A stretch of 64,000 bases of DNA. Source: Chiloscyllium plagiosum. Taxonomy: Eukaryota. Positions 25,034 through 37,177 of this stretch are shown piece by piece. The notes beneath the pieces are model-generated. The model was given only the letters and a program-made list of their open reading frames with translations. It had not been told where the DNA came from and did not search any database. Made by a program: the position numbers and the translations under genes. The DNA lies in assembly GCF_004010195.1 (NCBI RefSeq), contig NC_057756.1, positions 6,550,788 through 6,614,787 of the forward strand, in the 5' to 3' direction. Position 1 is the first letter of the stretch. Each line of letters starts with the position of its first letter.

Positions 25034-25627
25034 GTATGTTCACATGATGCATTGTCAGTATAATAAGCAATTTATTGCATCTGAACATAGGTAGTCAGAG
25101 AGATAACCTGACTTCAACCATTCTCTGTATTTCTCTGAATAGTTCCTCATCAATATCTGAATTCAAAATCCACTGGGGGGGGGGGGGGACTTACCATCGA
25201 AATGGAGGCTTAATAAAGGAGAATTCCATATTTTAACTATTGTTAACAAAAACAAATCTTACTTTAACCTGTCATAACTGATCCATGGAGTCATCCAGTC
25301 GCAAAAGCTTTAGTGGAAAGACTCTTCAACTACAGTTATAAAAAATCTGAATCATGTTTTATTTCACATTGAACTGCTTGTTCGCTGAGGCATTGTTAAT
25401 TTGCACTTCTAAAAGTATGGCAATAGTTTCCATGATTTGAAGGTTTTATGTCGGTGTGTGTGTGTGTGTGTGTTACATGTGAAGAGAATGGTTATGCAAG
25501 TATATTCATACTTCTTAAATATTTGAATAATGATTCTTGCCTCTTTGCTCTTATTTAAATTTATTTGTAACCAACTCGCTCTATGTGTCTTTATTCAAGA
25601 ACCTGTCTGGTTTGCCTGATATATATG

Positions 25628-25770
25628 TAGTCATAGAGTCATAGAGATATACAGCATGGAAACAGACCCTTCAGTCCAACCCATCCATGCCGACCAGATA
25701 TTCGAACCCAATCTAGTCCCACCTGCCAGTACCCGGCCAATGTCCCTCCAAACCCTTCCTATTCATATCC
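25628..25770 (-). mobile_element. CR1/HER1 3' tail fragment
   Basis: gtcatagagtcatagagatatacagcatggaaacagacccttcagtccaac. Confidence 0.85.
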
Positions 25771-26322
25771 CCATTCCAAAGTTCTAAAGCAATGCAACAG
25801 CATATGCAACAGTAATTGCTGCTCCTGGAATTCGAGGAAATCACCTCCAACACCTCAAAAAAGAAGCAGCTGTTACAGCCAGAAATTTTTCCGTCCTCCA
25901 TCTTGGATTACCCAGAATCGAACCCCTAGATCCCTCCCTATGTATATAACTGCACCAGCCCACCTATAGATACTGTTCACACACCTACAGCCTCAATCTA
26001 CAATTCCTTATACATTTCAAGAAAGCCTCCAGACCTGCTCCAGCCTTCGGACATAGTCCAGTACCCACTGACTTCCCAATTCCTGGTAGCTGCCCAAGAA
26101 ATAACCTCCCCAATCAATCTGCTCAGCGATGTTGTAACAGGCGTCTAGAGGAGATAAGGTTTGAAACTAGGTCTCCTGGTCTGAGAGTAGCAACATTGCC
26201 ACTGAAAAGTGTACACAGGTACGTGCATGTGATTAATAGACAGAGAGAGAAAACGTTCAGAATAAAATCAAAGAAGCCTCTTTTGTATTGCAAGTTTATC
26301 AATTTAATGGCAAGAATAACTG

Positions 26323-26328
26323 TTTATT
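26323..26328 (-). terminator. Candidate polyadenylation signal of pentraxin A
   Basis: AATAAA on the minus strand, ~390 nt after the stop codon. Confidence 0.5.
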
Positions 26329-26716
26329 TTGTGTATTTGCTCAATGCTTGATTCGCACATAGTCATGAAAGCACAGAGGGATATATAGGGATTAATTATT
26401 TGCAATTACATGAAGGCACATTCATAATTCAGGATAGATTTTGACTCAGGGGGCTCTCTCAGCAGTCTAACCTCTGACACGCGTCCATGATTATTTGCAA
26501 CTGTTGCGCACATCCATAAGCTACAGATTAGTTCATGCATGTTATTGTGGTGCATTCGTTTCTGTATCTACCCATGTTTCACTGTGCTGGCGTGGGTTGT
26601 GTTAAGGAGGATGTGTTGGGGTGTATTTGTGTTTCTGCACTTGTGCCTGATTACAGGAGTGCCCGGAGGAGAGACAGCATGGTGAGTGCCTCAATCAAGT
26701 CCCAATGTGTTTTTTT

Positions 26717-27330
26717 TTAGAAGCAACAATCATGATTATCCTCCACATTCACATTCCCCCTGCTCTCGTATAGCACTGTGTCCCAGTTGATGATGTTACC
26801 CCCAGCGCTGTGACACCCTTGACTGAGCGCCTTGATGTCGTTTGCTGACAGGACATGGTCCCACAGGTGGACATCTGTCAGCTCTCCCACCAAACTCTGC
26901 TTGCTCTCAAACTTGCCCTCCACCAAGTCCTGTTCCTGACCCAGGATGAACGTACCACCGCCTCGGACTACCCCATCTTTTTTCCCGACTTTCCGAAAAC
27001 TCCGGACTCCATTGATCCAGAAAGTGATGGATCCGTTTGAGGAGTCCCAACTCACGCAGATGTGCCTCAGCAGAGCGTCGTTCACCGGGAGGGCGAAATG
27101 GAATGAGTCGCTGCCAAAGTACAGGGACAGCTTTGCGCCCTCTTGCCAGAGCAGCAACTCATTGTCCGTAGCATTTGTGGCATAGGACAACAGGCTGTAG
27201 CCTCGCTTCTCCTCTGAGGCAACCCTCAGGCAGAGGGTGAACGCCGAGAGCTGGGAGAATTCATTGGGCAGCAGCTTGACGTAAATACTGTCGGTTTGAG
27301 TCGAGAAAACTAGCGATTTGCCCAATAAAC
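26717..27330 (-). CDS. Short pentraxin A (C-reactive protein / serum amyloid P-like), pentraxin-domain exon
   Basis: Acceptor tttcctttgtttacag|GT. Motifs AFTLCLR, SYAT..DNELLLW, signature HICVSWDS, ILGQEQD, QSLVGELTDVHLWDHVLS and GNIINW. Stop TAA after DCCF. Spliced product 225 aa. Confidence 0.97.
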
Positions 27331-27568
27331 CTGTAAACAAAGGAAAATTCAGCGTTGAGCCTTTGGAAAGGAACATCTGTGAGATGCAAAGGGAAAGGGA
27401 GAGGCGGAAATGGGGAAAGGACGGATCTTCCAGCCTCCTACTCTTCACGCACTCACACACCTTCAAACAAGCACTGTCGTGCGGTCGCACACCCTCAGCT
27501 ACAAGGAGAGGCTGAATAGGCTGGGCTGTTTTCCCTGGAGCGTTGGAGGCTGAGGGACGCCCTTAAAC

Positions 27569-27893
27569 AGGCGGCACGGTGGCACAGTGGTTAGCACTGC
27601 TGACTCACAGCGCCAGACACCCGCGTTCAATTCCCGCCTCAGGCGACTCTCTGTGTGGAATTTGCACATTCTCCCCGTGTCTGCGTGGGTTTCCTCCGGG
27701 TGCTCCGGTTTCCTCCCACAGTCCAAAGATGTGCAGGTTAGGTGAATTGGCAAGGCTAAATTGCCCGTAGTGTTAGGTGAAGGGGGTAAATGTAGGGGAA
27801 TGGGTCTGGGTGGGTTGCGCTTCGGCGGGTCGGTGTGGACTTGTTGGGCCGAAGGGCCTGTTTCCACACTGTGGGGAATCTAATCTAATCTAA
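27569..27893 (+). mobile_element. HE1-type SINE, full length and young, abutting a short CR1 piece (27499-27562)
   Basis: A-box/B-box head, V-core and LINE-derived tail ending (aatct)n. Confidence 0.95.
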
Positions 27894-28185
27894 GATTGTT
27901 TTTTCTCTCTCTCTCTCGACCAAATACTCATGGTATTCTCTGTCAAACACACACACACACTTTCTCTACCTCATAGACACCGTTACGTTTATAAACAGAT
28001 TTACACACAGTCACACAAAAAACCCACTTATTAGCACAGGCTCTCCAAAGAAGCACAGTTTCTCATTCATATGCGTACACGCATGCATGTCACAGAAACG
28101 CATTGACTTCTGTACACACAAGCACGCGCAAAGAAACAGGAATTCATACACGAAAACACAGAAAAGCACCCACGCAAATGTTGTT

Positions 28186-28800
28186 GGGCAGCACGGTAGC
28201 TCAGTGGTTAGCAGCGCTCCTCACAATACCAGGGGCCCGGGTTCGATTCCAGCCTCGGGGCAACTATCTGTGTGGAGTTTGCACATTCTCCCCGTGTCTA
28301 CGTGGGTTTCCTCCGGGTGTTCCGGTTTTCTGCCACAGTCCAGATTACTTACAGCGTGGCCCAACAAGTCCACGCCGAAGCGCAACCCACCCAGACCCAT
28401 TCCCTTACATTTACCCCTTCACTTAACACTACGGGCAATTTAGCATGGCCAATTCACCTGACCTGCACATCTTTGGACTGTGGGAGGAAACCGGAGCACC
28501 CAGAGGAAACTCACACAGACACGGGGAGAATGTGCAAACCCCACACAGTCAGTCGCCTGAGGTGGGAATTGAACCCGGGTCTCTGGCGCTGTGAGGCAGC
28601 AGTGCAAACCATGCGCAGGTTAGGGTGGATTGGCCATGCTAAATTGTCCCATTGTGTTCAGGGATGTGTAGACTAAGTGCATTAGTCAGGGGTAATGTAG
28701 AGTAATAGGTTTAGGGGATGGGTCTGGGTGGGATGCTCTTTGGAGGTCGGTGTGGACATGTTGGGTCCAATGGCCTGCTTTCACACTGTAGGAATTCTAA
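28186..28800. mobile_element. Nested SINEs: older + strand copy (28186-28341 and 28606-28800) interrupted by a - strand copy (28342-28605)
   Basis: The host breaks at ccacagtcca and resumes at aaaccatgcgcaggttaggg. The insert is the reverse complement of the young consensus. Confidence 0.88.
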
Positions 28801-28959
28801 TTGAAAATATCATTTCCATAAACTGACAAAATCAGTGATACTCATTCACATGGATGAACAGAGAGACCTGCACACACATACACACAAACACGCATTAAGA
28901 CCCGTTCGCATCGGCACACAGAAAAGCATGCAGACACTGAAGACAGAACAGACATCCTA

Positions 28960-29345
28960 TGCTTGTTTGCTTTCCAGCAGAGGAGACTGAAGGCAGAACT
29001 GATTGAAGTGTACAATGATCTAAGTGATATAGTCAGTGAGAAATCTTTCACCTTAGCAGAGGGATTAGTAACCAACTGGAACAGCTTTAAGATAAAGAAC
29101 GGAAATTTCAAGGGGACATTTAAGTTAATTGCATGCAGAGGGTTGCGTGTATCTGGAACGTAAGGCCTTAAGGATTACAAAGGTTGGGACACTCAAGACA
29201 TTTGAGAAGTATTTAATAAGCACTAGAAATTCATTACCATAAAAAAGCTGTGGGTCAAGTGCTGGTAAATAGAAATAGAACAGGTAAGTGCTTGAAGACT
29301 GGCATGTGCACGATGGACTGAAAGGCCTCTGTCCCTGCTGTGAAA
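28960..29345 (+). mobile_element. Old CR1 LINE 3' fragment in the pentraxin A intron
   Basis: ORF reads RRLKAELIEVY..., with tail gatggactgaaaggcctctgtccctgctgt. Confidence 0.75.
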
Positions 29346-29544
29346 AAAAAAACTGACCGAATGTCTACGCCTCCATGGCTCTTTCATGTACAGACACACA
29401 AACACACTCTGACGTAGAGCTGGGTTTCCTTTTGCGATCTGCTACCTCCCTGCTCTGCGTGGCTGCTCATTCTCGGCATTAGAAAATACATTTTGGAATG
29501 AGGATTGCAACCCCGCAGCCTGTTTGCTATCAAAGCAAGCATAC

Positions 29545-29608
29545 CTCCATGGACCAGTCCAGGTAGAATAATGCAGCTGACAAGCCCAAGGAGAAAGAGA
29601 TTCTTCAT
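29545..29608 (-). CDS. Short pentraxin A, signal-peptide exon
   Basis: acgATG, MKNLFLLGLVSCIILPGLVHG plus G|gtatgc. Phase 1 matches the domain exon. Acceptor ccatttacag lies 12 nt upstream of the ATG. Confidence 0.93.
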
Positions 29609-29885
29609 CGTGCGAACAGTCTGTAAATGGTAATGATCAGAGAGTTACGTCCCTAGGTTTGATGCTGCTTAGTACAATCGGATCTGCGGTCCAACACTGA
29701 CATGGAAAACTCAACACCCAGGAGACAAAGTGATATCCCCAATAACTCTTTCCGAGGTTTGGCAGTGCACAGGTTTGGTCCACTGGCAAACATTCCTACA
29801 TCGGTGTAGACGGGCTATTGTTTAAAATCGCATTGAATTGGTCTTCCATGCAGACATTGAAGTTGTCTCTCCTCTGCTATATTTC

Positions 29886-30530
29886 AGCATTGCTGCACTG
29901 TCAGAGGGTCAGTGCTGAGGGAGTGCTGCACTGTCAGAGGGTCAGTGCTGAGGGAGTGCTGCACTGTCACCGAATCAGTGCTGAGGGAGTGCTGCACTGT
30001 CGGAGGGTCAGTGCTGAGGGAGTGCTGCACTGTCAGAGGGTCAGTGCTGAGGGAGTGTTGCACTGTCGGAGGGTCAGTGCTGAGGGAGTTCTGTACTACT
30101 GGAGGATCTGTACTGAGGGAGTACTGCACTATCTAAGGGTTAGTAGTGAGAGAGGTGCTGGAAAAACGCCGCAGGTCAGGCAGCATCCGAGGAGCGGGGA
30201 AATCGACGTTTCGGGCAAAAGCCCTTCATCAGGAGCAGCCCTTCCCTGCTCCTCTGATGCTGCCTGACCTGCTGCGTTTTTCCAGCACCACGTTAATCTC
30301 GACTCTGATTTCCAGCATCTGATTTACCACCGTGAGAGAGTGTGGTACTGTCGGAGAGACAACACTGAGGTACCACTGCAATCTGCTACAATCTGCACCG
30401 AGGGAGTGATGCAATGTCAGAAGGTCAGTGCTGAGGGTATGCTACACTTTCTGTCTGCGAGTTCCGAGTGTGTGCCAATCTGCTTGGCGGGTCAATGCCG
30501 AAGTTGTGCTTCACTCTCGGAAGGCCAGCA
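29886..30530. repeat. 33-bp minisatellite (gtgctgcactgtcagagggtcagtgctgaggga), decaying rightwards and interrupted at 30155-30331
   Basis: About 7 clean units plus degenerate ones. The overlapping ORF has an 11-aa period (VLHCQRVSAEG). Confidence 0.92.
30155..30331. mobile_element. Palindromic Penelope-derived insertion with a 9-bp TSD and an intact minus-strand hammerhead core (30201-30234)
   Basis: TSD gtgagagag at 30146-54 and 30332-40. Inverted arms gtgctggaaaa..gcaggtcaggcagcatc. Minus strand reads CUGAUGA-A-GGGC-UUUU-GCCC-GAAA-CGUC. Confidence 0.8.
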
Positions 30531-30644
30531 GTGAGTGAGGGCCGCATGGCCCAACAGCCAGTACTAAGGGTGCCCTGAGCTGTGTGAATGTCAGTACTCT
30601 AAGAGTTGCCCAGATGAATTGAAAGAATGCGATACATCTGTGCC

Positions 30645-30990
30645 TCTAACGCTCTCTGTCTCTTTCTCCTCACTGTCCATCATTTGCTCTCTCTCTCTCT
30701 CTGTTTCAATTTGACTCCGTGTCTCTTCCTTTAGGCATGCCTTTCTCTCTGTCTCCTTCCTTTTCTCAGTGTCTGTTTCTCCCCGTCTTTCTTCCTCCAC
30801 CTCTTGCCGTCTCTCTCAATTTCTCTCTCTCTCGCTATCTCTCCATCTCTCTCTGCTTTTACCTTCCTCTCTGTCTGTCCCTATGATGTGCACCCCTTCT
30901 GATTTTGTCCCCTCTGCCCCCACTCATTGACCATTTATTTGCATGCCTATTCCCACTGTCCTTACTCTTTCTCTCTTTGTCTCTTTCAGT
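30645..30990. repeat. CT-rich low-complexity tract
   Basis: (ct)n-like sequence. A homologous tract lies at 49449-49760. Confidence 0.8.
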
Positions 30991-30999
30991 TTCCGTACA

Positions 31000-31215
31000 T
31001 CTGTGACTGGTACTTACTGGTTTGGATTGCACTGTGGGATCGGTGTTCTCTCACCCGACATGTAGGAGTCTGTGCAGCTTTGTGCTGTACGAATGAGCAA
31101 TTTAAGGAGCTTGCACAGGAGGAAGGAGATTATTGAGCAATAGAATTACTGCCATTGAACTCCTTATTTAAACAATTCAGGAGCTGACTGAACATTAGAT
31201 GTCAATGCTCCTCAT
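31000..31215 (-). promoter_or_regulatory. Putative non-coding first exon (3' end at 31018) and proximal promoter of pentraxin A
   Basis: Donor CA|GTAAGT (31017-12). The block is colinear with 49776-49996. ATTGAGCAAT at 31132-41 and TTTAAATA at 31172-65. Confidence 0.6.
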
Positions 31216-31549
31216 AAATTTATTTTGATTTGCAAGCATTTAAGTCTTATGTGCAGCTTCAATGCACACATTCAGACGCATATATATCAACAACATGGAT
31301 GTGAAATACAGAAAATCAGAAACTCAGATTACAGACAATCATTCAGAAATGGATGGACACACGCGTGCGTGTACATACAAACACGCACACACACACAAAA
31401 CACACGATACAGACATACACACATGAATACACCCTTACACTTTCTATCTGTCTATCTTAGACTTAATACACATGGCTGCAGTGCATTCAATTTAAATTTA
31501 AGGTTCATTCCGTGCCCCATCCCCAGCCTCAGCCCAGCTTAAAGAACTA

Positions 31550-32030
31550 ATCCCCATAACCTTCCTTATCTCTATGACTTCCCCAAGCCTGACAATATTC
31601 ATTACAGCAATGAGCTCATCCCATCTTTACAACCTTCCTGAACACACACAACTTCTGCAGGTCCTGAAACCCTCTCCATTTTTGTAAGCATCTCAACTGC
31701 AGAATCAATTTGTTTTTGTTGCTTTGCAAAATAAGGCCCAACAATCTCACATATCTCTGTAACTTTCGCTTACCCCTTCAAACCTTCCTACCTCTACAAC
31801 CTTTGACAGCTCTAAACCCATCTCTATCCCTGTAACTTCCTCCAGCCCCACACCCCTCGCTAATTCTGAAAACACCGCCAGTCTCTCCATTTCTCTCTCT
31901 GTCACCTTCTCCCGTTCCTACAACCCTCCATCACTCTGCAATTTCAGCCAGCTTCTACAATCCTCGCTGACTTTCTAAAGTCCTCTAAATCCTGAAATGC
32001 AGCATATCAATGCAACCTCTTCCAGGCTCA
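31550..32030. repeat. Degenerate tandem repeat (ccctccctatctctgtaacctcctccagccctacaa-like), also at ~25930-26060 and ~36640-36830
   Basis: Recurrent ctacaaccct/atctctgtaac units. Confidence 0.55.
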
Positions 32031-32712
32031 CCCCTGACTTGATGCAGAGGGACAGTATCAAAGCTCTCTAACTGAACAATGACTATCCTGATCAGGTCTT
32101 AGTTCACTGCATATCTCACAAAAAGGTGGAATTCCATCAGTATTGGTTCAATAGTGTGTTCTGTGGTGGCTAGTTTATTGATTTCACAGTGTCTCAGTAC
32201 AAATATCGAAAGGTACATCTTCAGTCTTGGAGTCATGAGTCTCTCTCTTGTGCTGAAGATTCAATGGTGTGACCTACAGTCCCATACTGACACCTATTAT
32301 AATTAATTCACTTGGCAGTTCAGCAGAGCTGGTACATTTTCTGATCAACTTGTTGAGAGGCGTTATTAGACACCTCTGGAACAGATGGGACTTGATCCTA
32401 GGTATCTTCGCTCAGAGGTAGGGACACTACCACTGCAACAAAATAACCTTTTGTTGGAACTTAAAATGGAATGCAACTAAGAGTGCTCTAGTATAACTAG
32501 ATTTGTACTAGATCTGTTCTTGATATCGGCATTATCCATTGATTGAGGATGATTGTTATTATATTGAAGAGTCCACCGCCAATGTTTCATAAAATAGTGC
32601 CAGTACCAGGTCTTGAGTTCCAGTGGAGACCGGAAATGCCAGGCTTATTCTTCTTGCAGCATGGTGACAGCAAGAAGTTGCCGTGGGCAAATATATGATC
32701 AACCACATCATC

Positions 32713-33180
32713 GAGTCACACAGTCACAGAGTTGTACAACACGGAAACAGACTGTTCAGTCCAATTTACCCTACATCGACCGAGTTTCCCAAACTAACCA
32801 AGTCCCACTTGTCTGCATTTGGCCCATATCCCTCTAAACCTCTCCAAATGCTTTTTAAATATTGTAACTGTACGTGCATCCATAATTTCCTCTGGCAGCT
32901 CATTACAAACATGGACAACCCTCTGTGTGTAAAAGTCCCTTTTGTATCTTTTCCCCTCTCACCATAAACATATGCCCTCTGGTTTTAGACTTCCTTACCC
33001 TGTGAAAAGTCCTTTATTATTCGTCTTATCTATATCCGTTATGATTTTATATGCCTTAACCTCCTACCCTCCAGTGAAAAATGTCCTAGACTCTCCTGAT
33101 AACTCAAACTCTCCAGTCCTGATGGTATCCCGGTACAGCGTTTCTGTAGCCTCGCCAGTTTAATAATATCCTTCCTGTAG
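32713..33180 (-). mobile_element. CR1 LINE 3' fragment
   Basis: YRKDIIKLARLQKR..LSYQESL..FSLEGRRL and a tail. Confidence 0.82.
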
Positions 33181-33804
33181 CTGTCTATAAATGATGGGTG
33201 AGGATGCAGACTAATTATCAAAATAGATAGCCGCGAGTATAGATTTTCCTTTCAGGCAGTGGTCTGCCATAATCTCGAAATGACAGCCTGAATAGTTTAA
33301 ACAAATCAGTTGGGAACTTAAGTGGAAATTGAATGAAGATATTGAGGGAAATATATCCAGGGTAAGGAGAAATAGCAGGGGAATGGGATTAACTAAATAG
33401 TCTGAAGACCTGAAACAGAGATGGTGGTTGGGAAAGGGTCTTTACGTGTTGCTTCCATTGCGATTTTCCAATTCAAGGCTATACCTGACTGTAAGTTTTT
33501 CTTCAAAATGTACTTGAGCAGGTGGAAGCTAAAGTTGCAGTAGTGCCAGAGGCTGGCTCGCTCATTGCAGAGAGATCAGTGGCTGTGGTTTAACCAGAGG
33601 GTCTCAGGAAAGTGGGAGAGTTGAGCAGGATTTCAGGTTGTCCAATGAATTGAAACCAGGCTGTTAGTTCCACTCTGCATTGCAAACTGGCCATCCAACC
33701 AACGGAGCTAAATGTTGTGCAGGTGCCAAACCACTTGATGCAAGTTTCACAATCGTTTTTACATATTAAGTCGGGGTATTATTTTGTGCATTCCTTTACA
33801 TAAG

Positions 33805-34140
33805 ATCATAAATACAGGAGCAAACGGAGGCAATTCAAGCCCTCGAGCCTGCTCTGCTATTTCCTGCAATTAGGGCTAATCTCACCTCGGCCTCAGCTCC
33901 ATTTTCCTCTCTGTTCTCCATAAGTCTTCAACCCATTATTAATTATAGTTTGTCAATCTCCACATTAAAATTACTTAATGTCTCACTGCATTCTAGTTTC
34001 TAACATTTGCAGATTCACAATCAATTGAGAAAATAACTTATTTTCATCTCTCTTGAAACCACCTAGTCCTTATCCTAAAACTGTGACGTCTCACTCTAAG
34101 TTGCCCTGCTGGTTGAAACGTACGGTTTGCGTCTGCTTTC
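33805..34140 (-). mobile_element. Old CR1 3' fragment
   Basis: cataaatacaggagca..ggcaattcaagccctcgagcctgctctgc tail. Confidence 0.65.
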
Positions 34141-35939
34141 TCAATCTCTCACCTTTTTTTATACTTTAGAATGTTACGTTGCAATTTATTCTACATTTCA
34201 GTTCGCTTCTTTGTGATTACACTCTCTTTCTGTTCACTCCTGCCAAACGCATTTTATAAAATGAACTTTAAAATGGATTGCACTTCTTTAAGTTCACAAT
34301 GAACTAATGAGTAATATGGGAAGAACATTTTAAAAGCTGCATGTCTTTTTTTTAAAGAAAACATTGTTATTGTTTCTCAGGACAGTGGTATCACATGGAT
34401 GTACGTTATCTCCAGTATCCTCATTGCTTTAAATGGCAAACTTGCCACGTAGGGGTGGAACCTGTTAGACATTGCCCTTGGGAGGGTGATATACATTCTT
34501 TCTGGAAAAAAAAACCGCATTGCTCAATTAGGCCTTTGCAACATACATAATTCCATTTCGATTTTCTAGAACTGACAGAACTGCTGAGTGCAATGTCAGC
34601 AAATGAACCGGTGAGCTGTGAACTTTGCTGAAAAAGTGTCCTCTGGTGCCTTGCACCCGATAATAATTCGTGTAGTTTGAGGTTATTATTAATGTGTTGG
34701 GTATAGACCTTGTGATTATTTCTTTAATGCTGATTTTGGACTTCATCAGATATATCAAAATAAAGCAACAACAGCAAATGTTGGTTCAACAGAACGTGTT
34801 TGACATTTATGATAAATCATTTTCTCTAAATTCATAGTGTGCATACGGCCATGCACTCAGGACTTTTACCAATTATCTAGCAGGTCATTATTTTGTCCCA
34901 GTTTTACTGAAATCAAGTTGCACTATCTGCCATGGTGACATTTGAACTCAGGTACCCAGAAGATTATTACAGTCTTGTGGATTAATAATCTCTTGATAAT
35001 GCCACTAGGTTAATGATTCCCACGCAAGTGCCTATCATTTTAGCCCAGGATATTGCTGGAATATGTGCCAGCAGGACCTGATGGCTCTTGATGTTAACAC
35101 GTTTGCGTTCACTAAAGACCCTCAGAGAGAGTCATAGAGATGTACAGCATGGAAACAGACCCTTCACCCGTCCATGCCGACCAGATATCCCAACCCAATC
35201 TAGTCCCACTTGCCAGCACTCGGCCCGTATCCCTCCAAACCCTGACATCTTATCTGGTTTGGTTTACACGTGACTTGACTCATAGCAATGAGGTTTGAAT
35301 TGGAAGTGACCCAACAAGACACCTTAGCTCAAGGGAAACCAGGGATTGACGAAATGCCGTCCATGCCTGCAGCTCAGGTAAATAATAAATGAAAATAAAT
35401 AAATGGAGGAAAACCCAATGTTAAAAAAAGGCCCACCAGTCTCCCGTCCACTCATGGCCTGATGATGAGTTCAATAGATTGGGCGGCCTGACTCTAGTGT
35501 TTAGGATATTATTAGATCAGTGAGGGTTTAGAAAAGGTTGGCAGGATTGGAGAGTTAGTGTTATAAGGATGTCATGGTCGATGGTGGTCATTGCAGCCGC
35601 CATTGCTCCATTCCGAACTGAGTGAAATATTTCCTCAAGGAAACCATATTTACCGTGGGCATGCCCTCAAAACTGTCACTGTTTCCGCTGAGTCGTACGT
35701 CATTGCTAAAGAGCTAAAAACCCTAGAACATGCGGGTGTTTTTTTTAAGATAAGGATGCGTGTTTCTTTTCCCTGTCTGTTTGGCTCGGCATGCAGCCAT
35801 CTGCGCATGCGTTATCTGTGCGCACGTCTTTCTGCGCAGTTCTATCGGGGTTCCTCATTTCCTGCTTCTGCTATAGGATGGGATGCATTCATTTGTGCAG
35901 GCAATGTTTCTCTCATCAAATCACTGAATTCTGCAGGTA

Positions 35940-36330
35940 GATGGAAGACCTGGAAAACTGGAGCTGGAGTGGGCCATTCAGTCCTTCCAGCCAACTCCGG
36001 AATTCAATATGATCATGGCAGACGATCCTACTCAGTATCTCTTCCTACTTTCTCCCCATACCTTCTGATCATTTGAGCCCCAAGAACAATATATAACTTC
36101 TTATTGAAAATTTCAAAGTGTTGCCCTCAAGTGCTTTCTGTAGCAGCTAATGTCACTGCAGGGCTACCTTGTATCTTTAAACTGTGACCCCTTGTTCTGG
36201 AATCACTGACCATCGGGAGCACCCTCCCTGCTGTTACCCTGCCCAGTTTGTCAAAATGTTGTCGGCTTCTGTGTTCCTCCCCCGCTTTCATTCTTCAAAA
36301 CTCCAGTGGATGTAGTCCTAATTATCCAAT
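35940..36330 (-). mobile_element. Old CR1 3' fragment
   Basis: ggagctggagtgggccattcagtcc..aatatgatcatggc tail. Confidence 0.6.
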
Positions 36331-36999
36331 AGCATACTACGCAGTATGCCATGCCACTCCCCTTTCCTCACCTCTGTCGTTGCATTATCCTGCGTTTCAT
36401 CTCTGCCCCCATGTTACTCAAATGTGCCACTGCACTATCATTTGCACCATCTTTCCTCCTCATTCGCCCATACAGACATAAATGTTACAACGTACTGTGT
36501 CTGATATCTCACGTTATACCTTTCATAAAATTCATCATGTCTCAAGTTCTGCTGTCCCTGCCCCTCATGACTAAATTCATAGAGTTGAGCTGTCCCACGA
36601 CTCCCTGAAGCCATACTGAGTTCCCCTATTCATATAAACTCCTCCAACTATACAACGTCTCAATTCCTTCCTCATCCCTCATTCCTAGCTAGCCTGCAAA
36701 CCTCCCACGTAACAGTCCTATCTCTGTGAACCTCTCTGGCCCCTACAATCCTCCCTATCTCTGTAACCTCATTTCTCCCGTGCAACCCTCATTCTCTCTG
36801 CAACCCTCTTCAGCCAGGATCGTCTTCCTCATATCAGCTGTACTGCGTGTGTGTGTGTGAATCTGAGAGAAAGTGACAGAGAATGTGATAGGTCAGGAAG
36901 GCATTCAAACACAGGTGGATTTAGATGAAAAGGGTAGCAACATTTGACAGACATTTTTGTAATATAAACACAGAGACAATTCGAATTTCTGGATGCTAT

Positions 37000-37005
37000 T
37001 TTATT
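37000..37005 (-). terminator. Candidate polyadenylation signal of pentraxin B
   Basis: AATAAA on the minus strand, ~360 nt after the CAA codon that aligns with gene A's stop. Confidence 0.5.
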
Positions 37006-37177
37006 ATTTTGATCAGATAGCAAGCGCTACATTTTAAACTTTGTGCATTTGGGTGATATTATGCAAATCTTCCCTAATCTTATCAAATAGATTTCAAGAC
37101 CAGGTATTAAACATCCGACAAAGGATCATTCACAATCCAGTGCCCAGCCAACTTGAAAGCAGGTACTCTTTCAAGTC

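Noticed and set aside
27331-27490. N-terminal 53 aa of the 257-aa ORF (and the first ~33 aa of ORF 37178-38083)
   Set aside because: These are intron read-through. Good acceptors lie at 27331 and 37984, and matching signal-peptide exons exist upstream.
29886-30130. CRISPR-like regular repeats / repetitive protein VLHCQRVSAEG
   Set aside because: The units are head-to-tail with no unique spacers, there are no cas genes and the context is vertebrate. This is a minisatellite.
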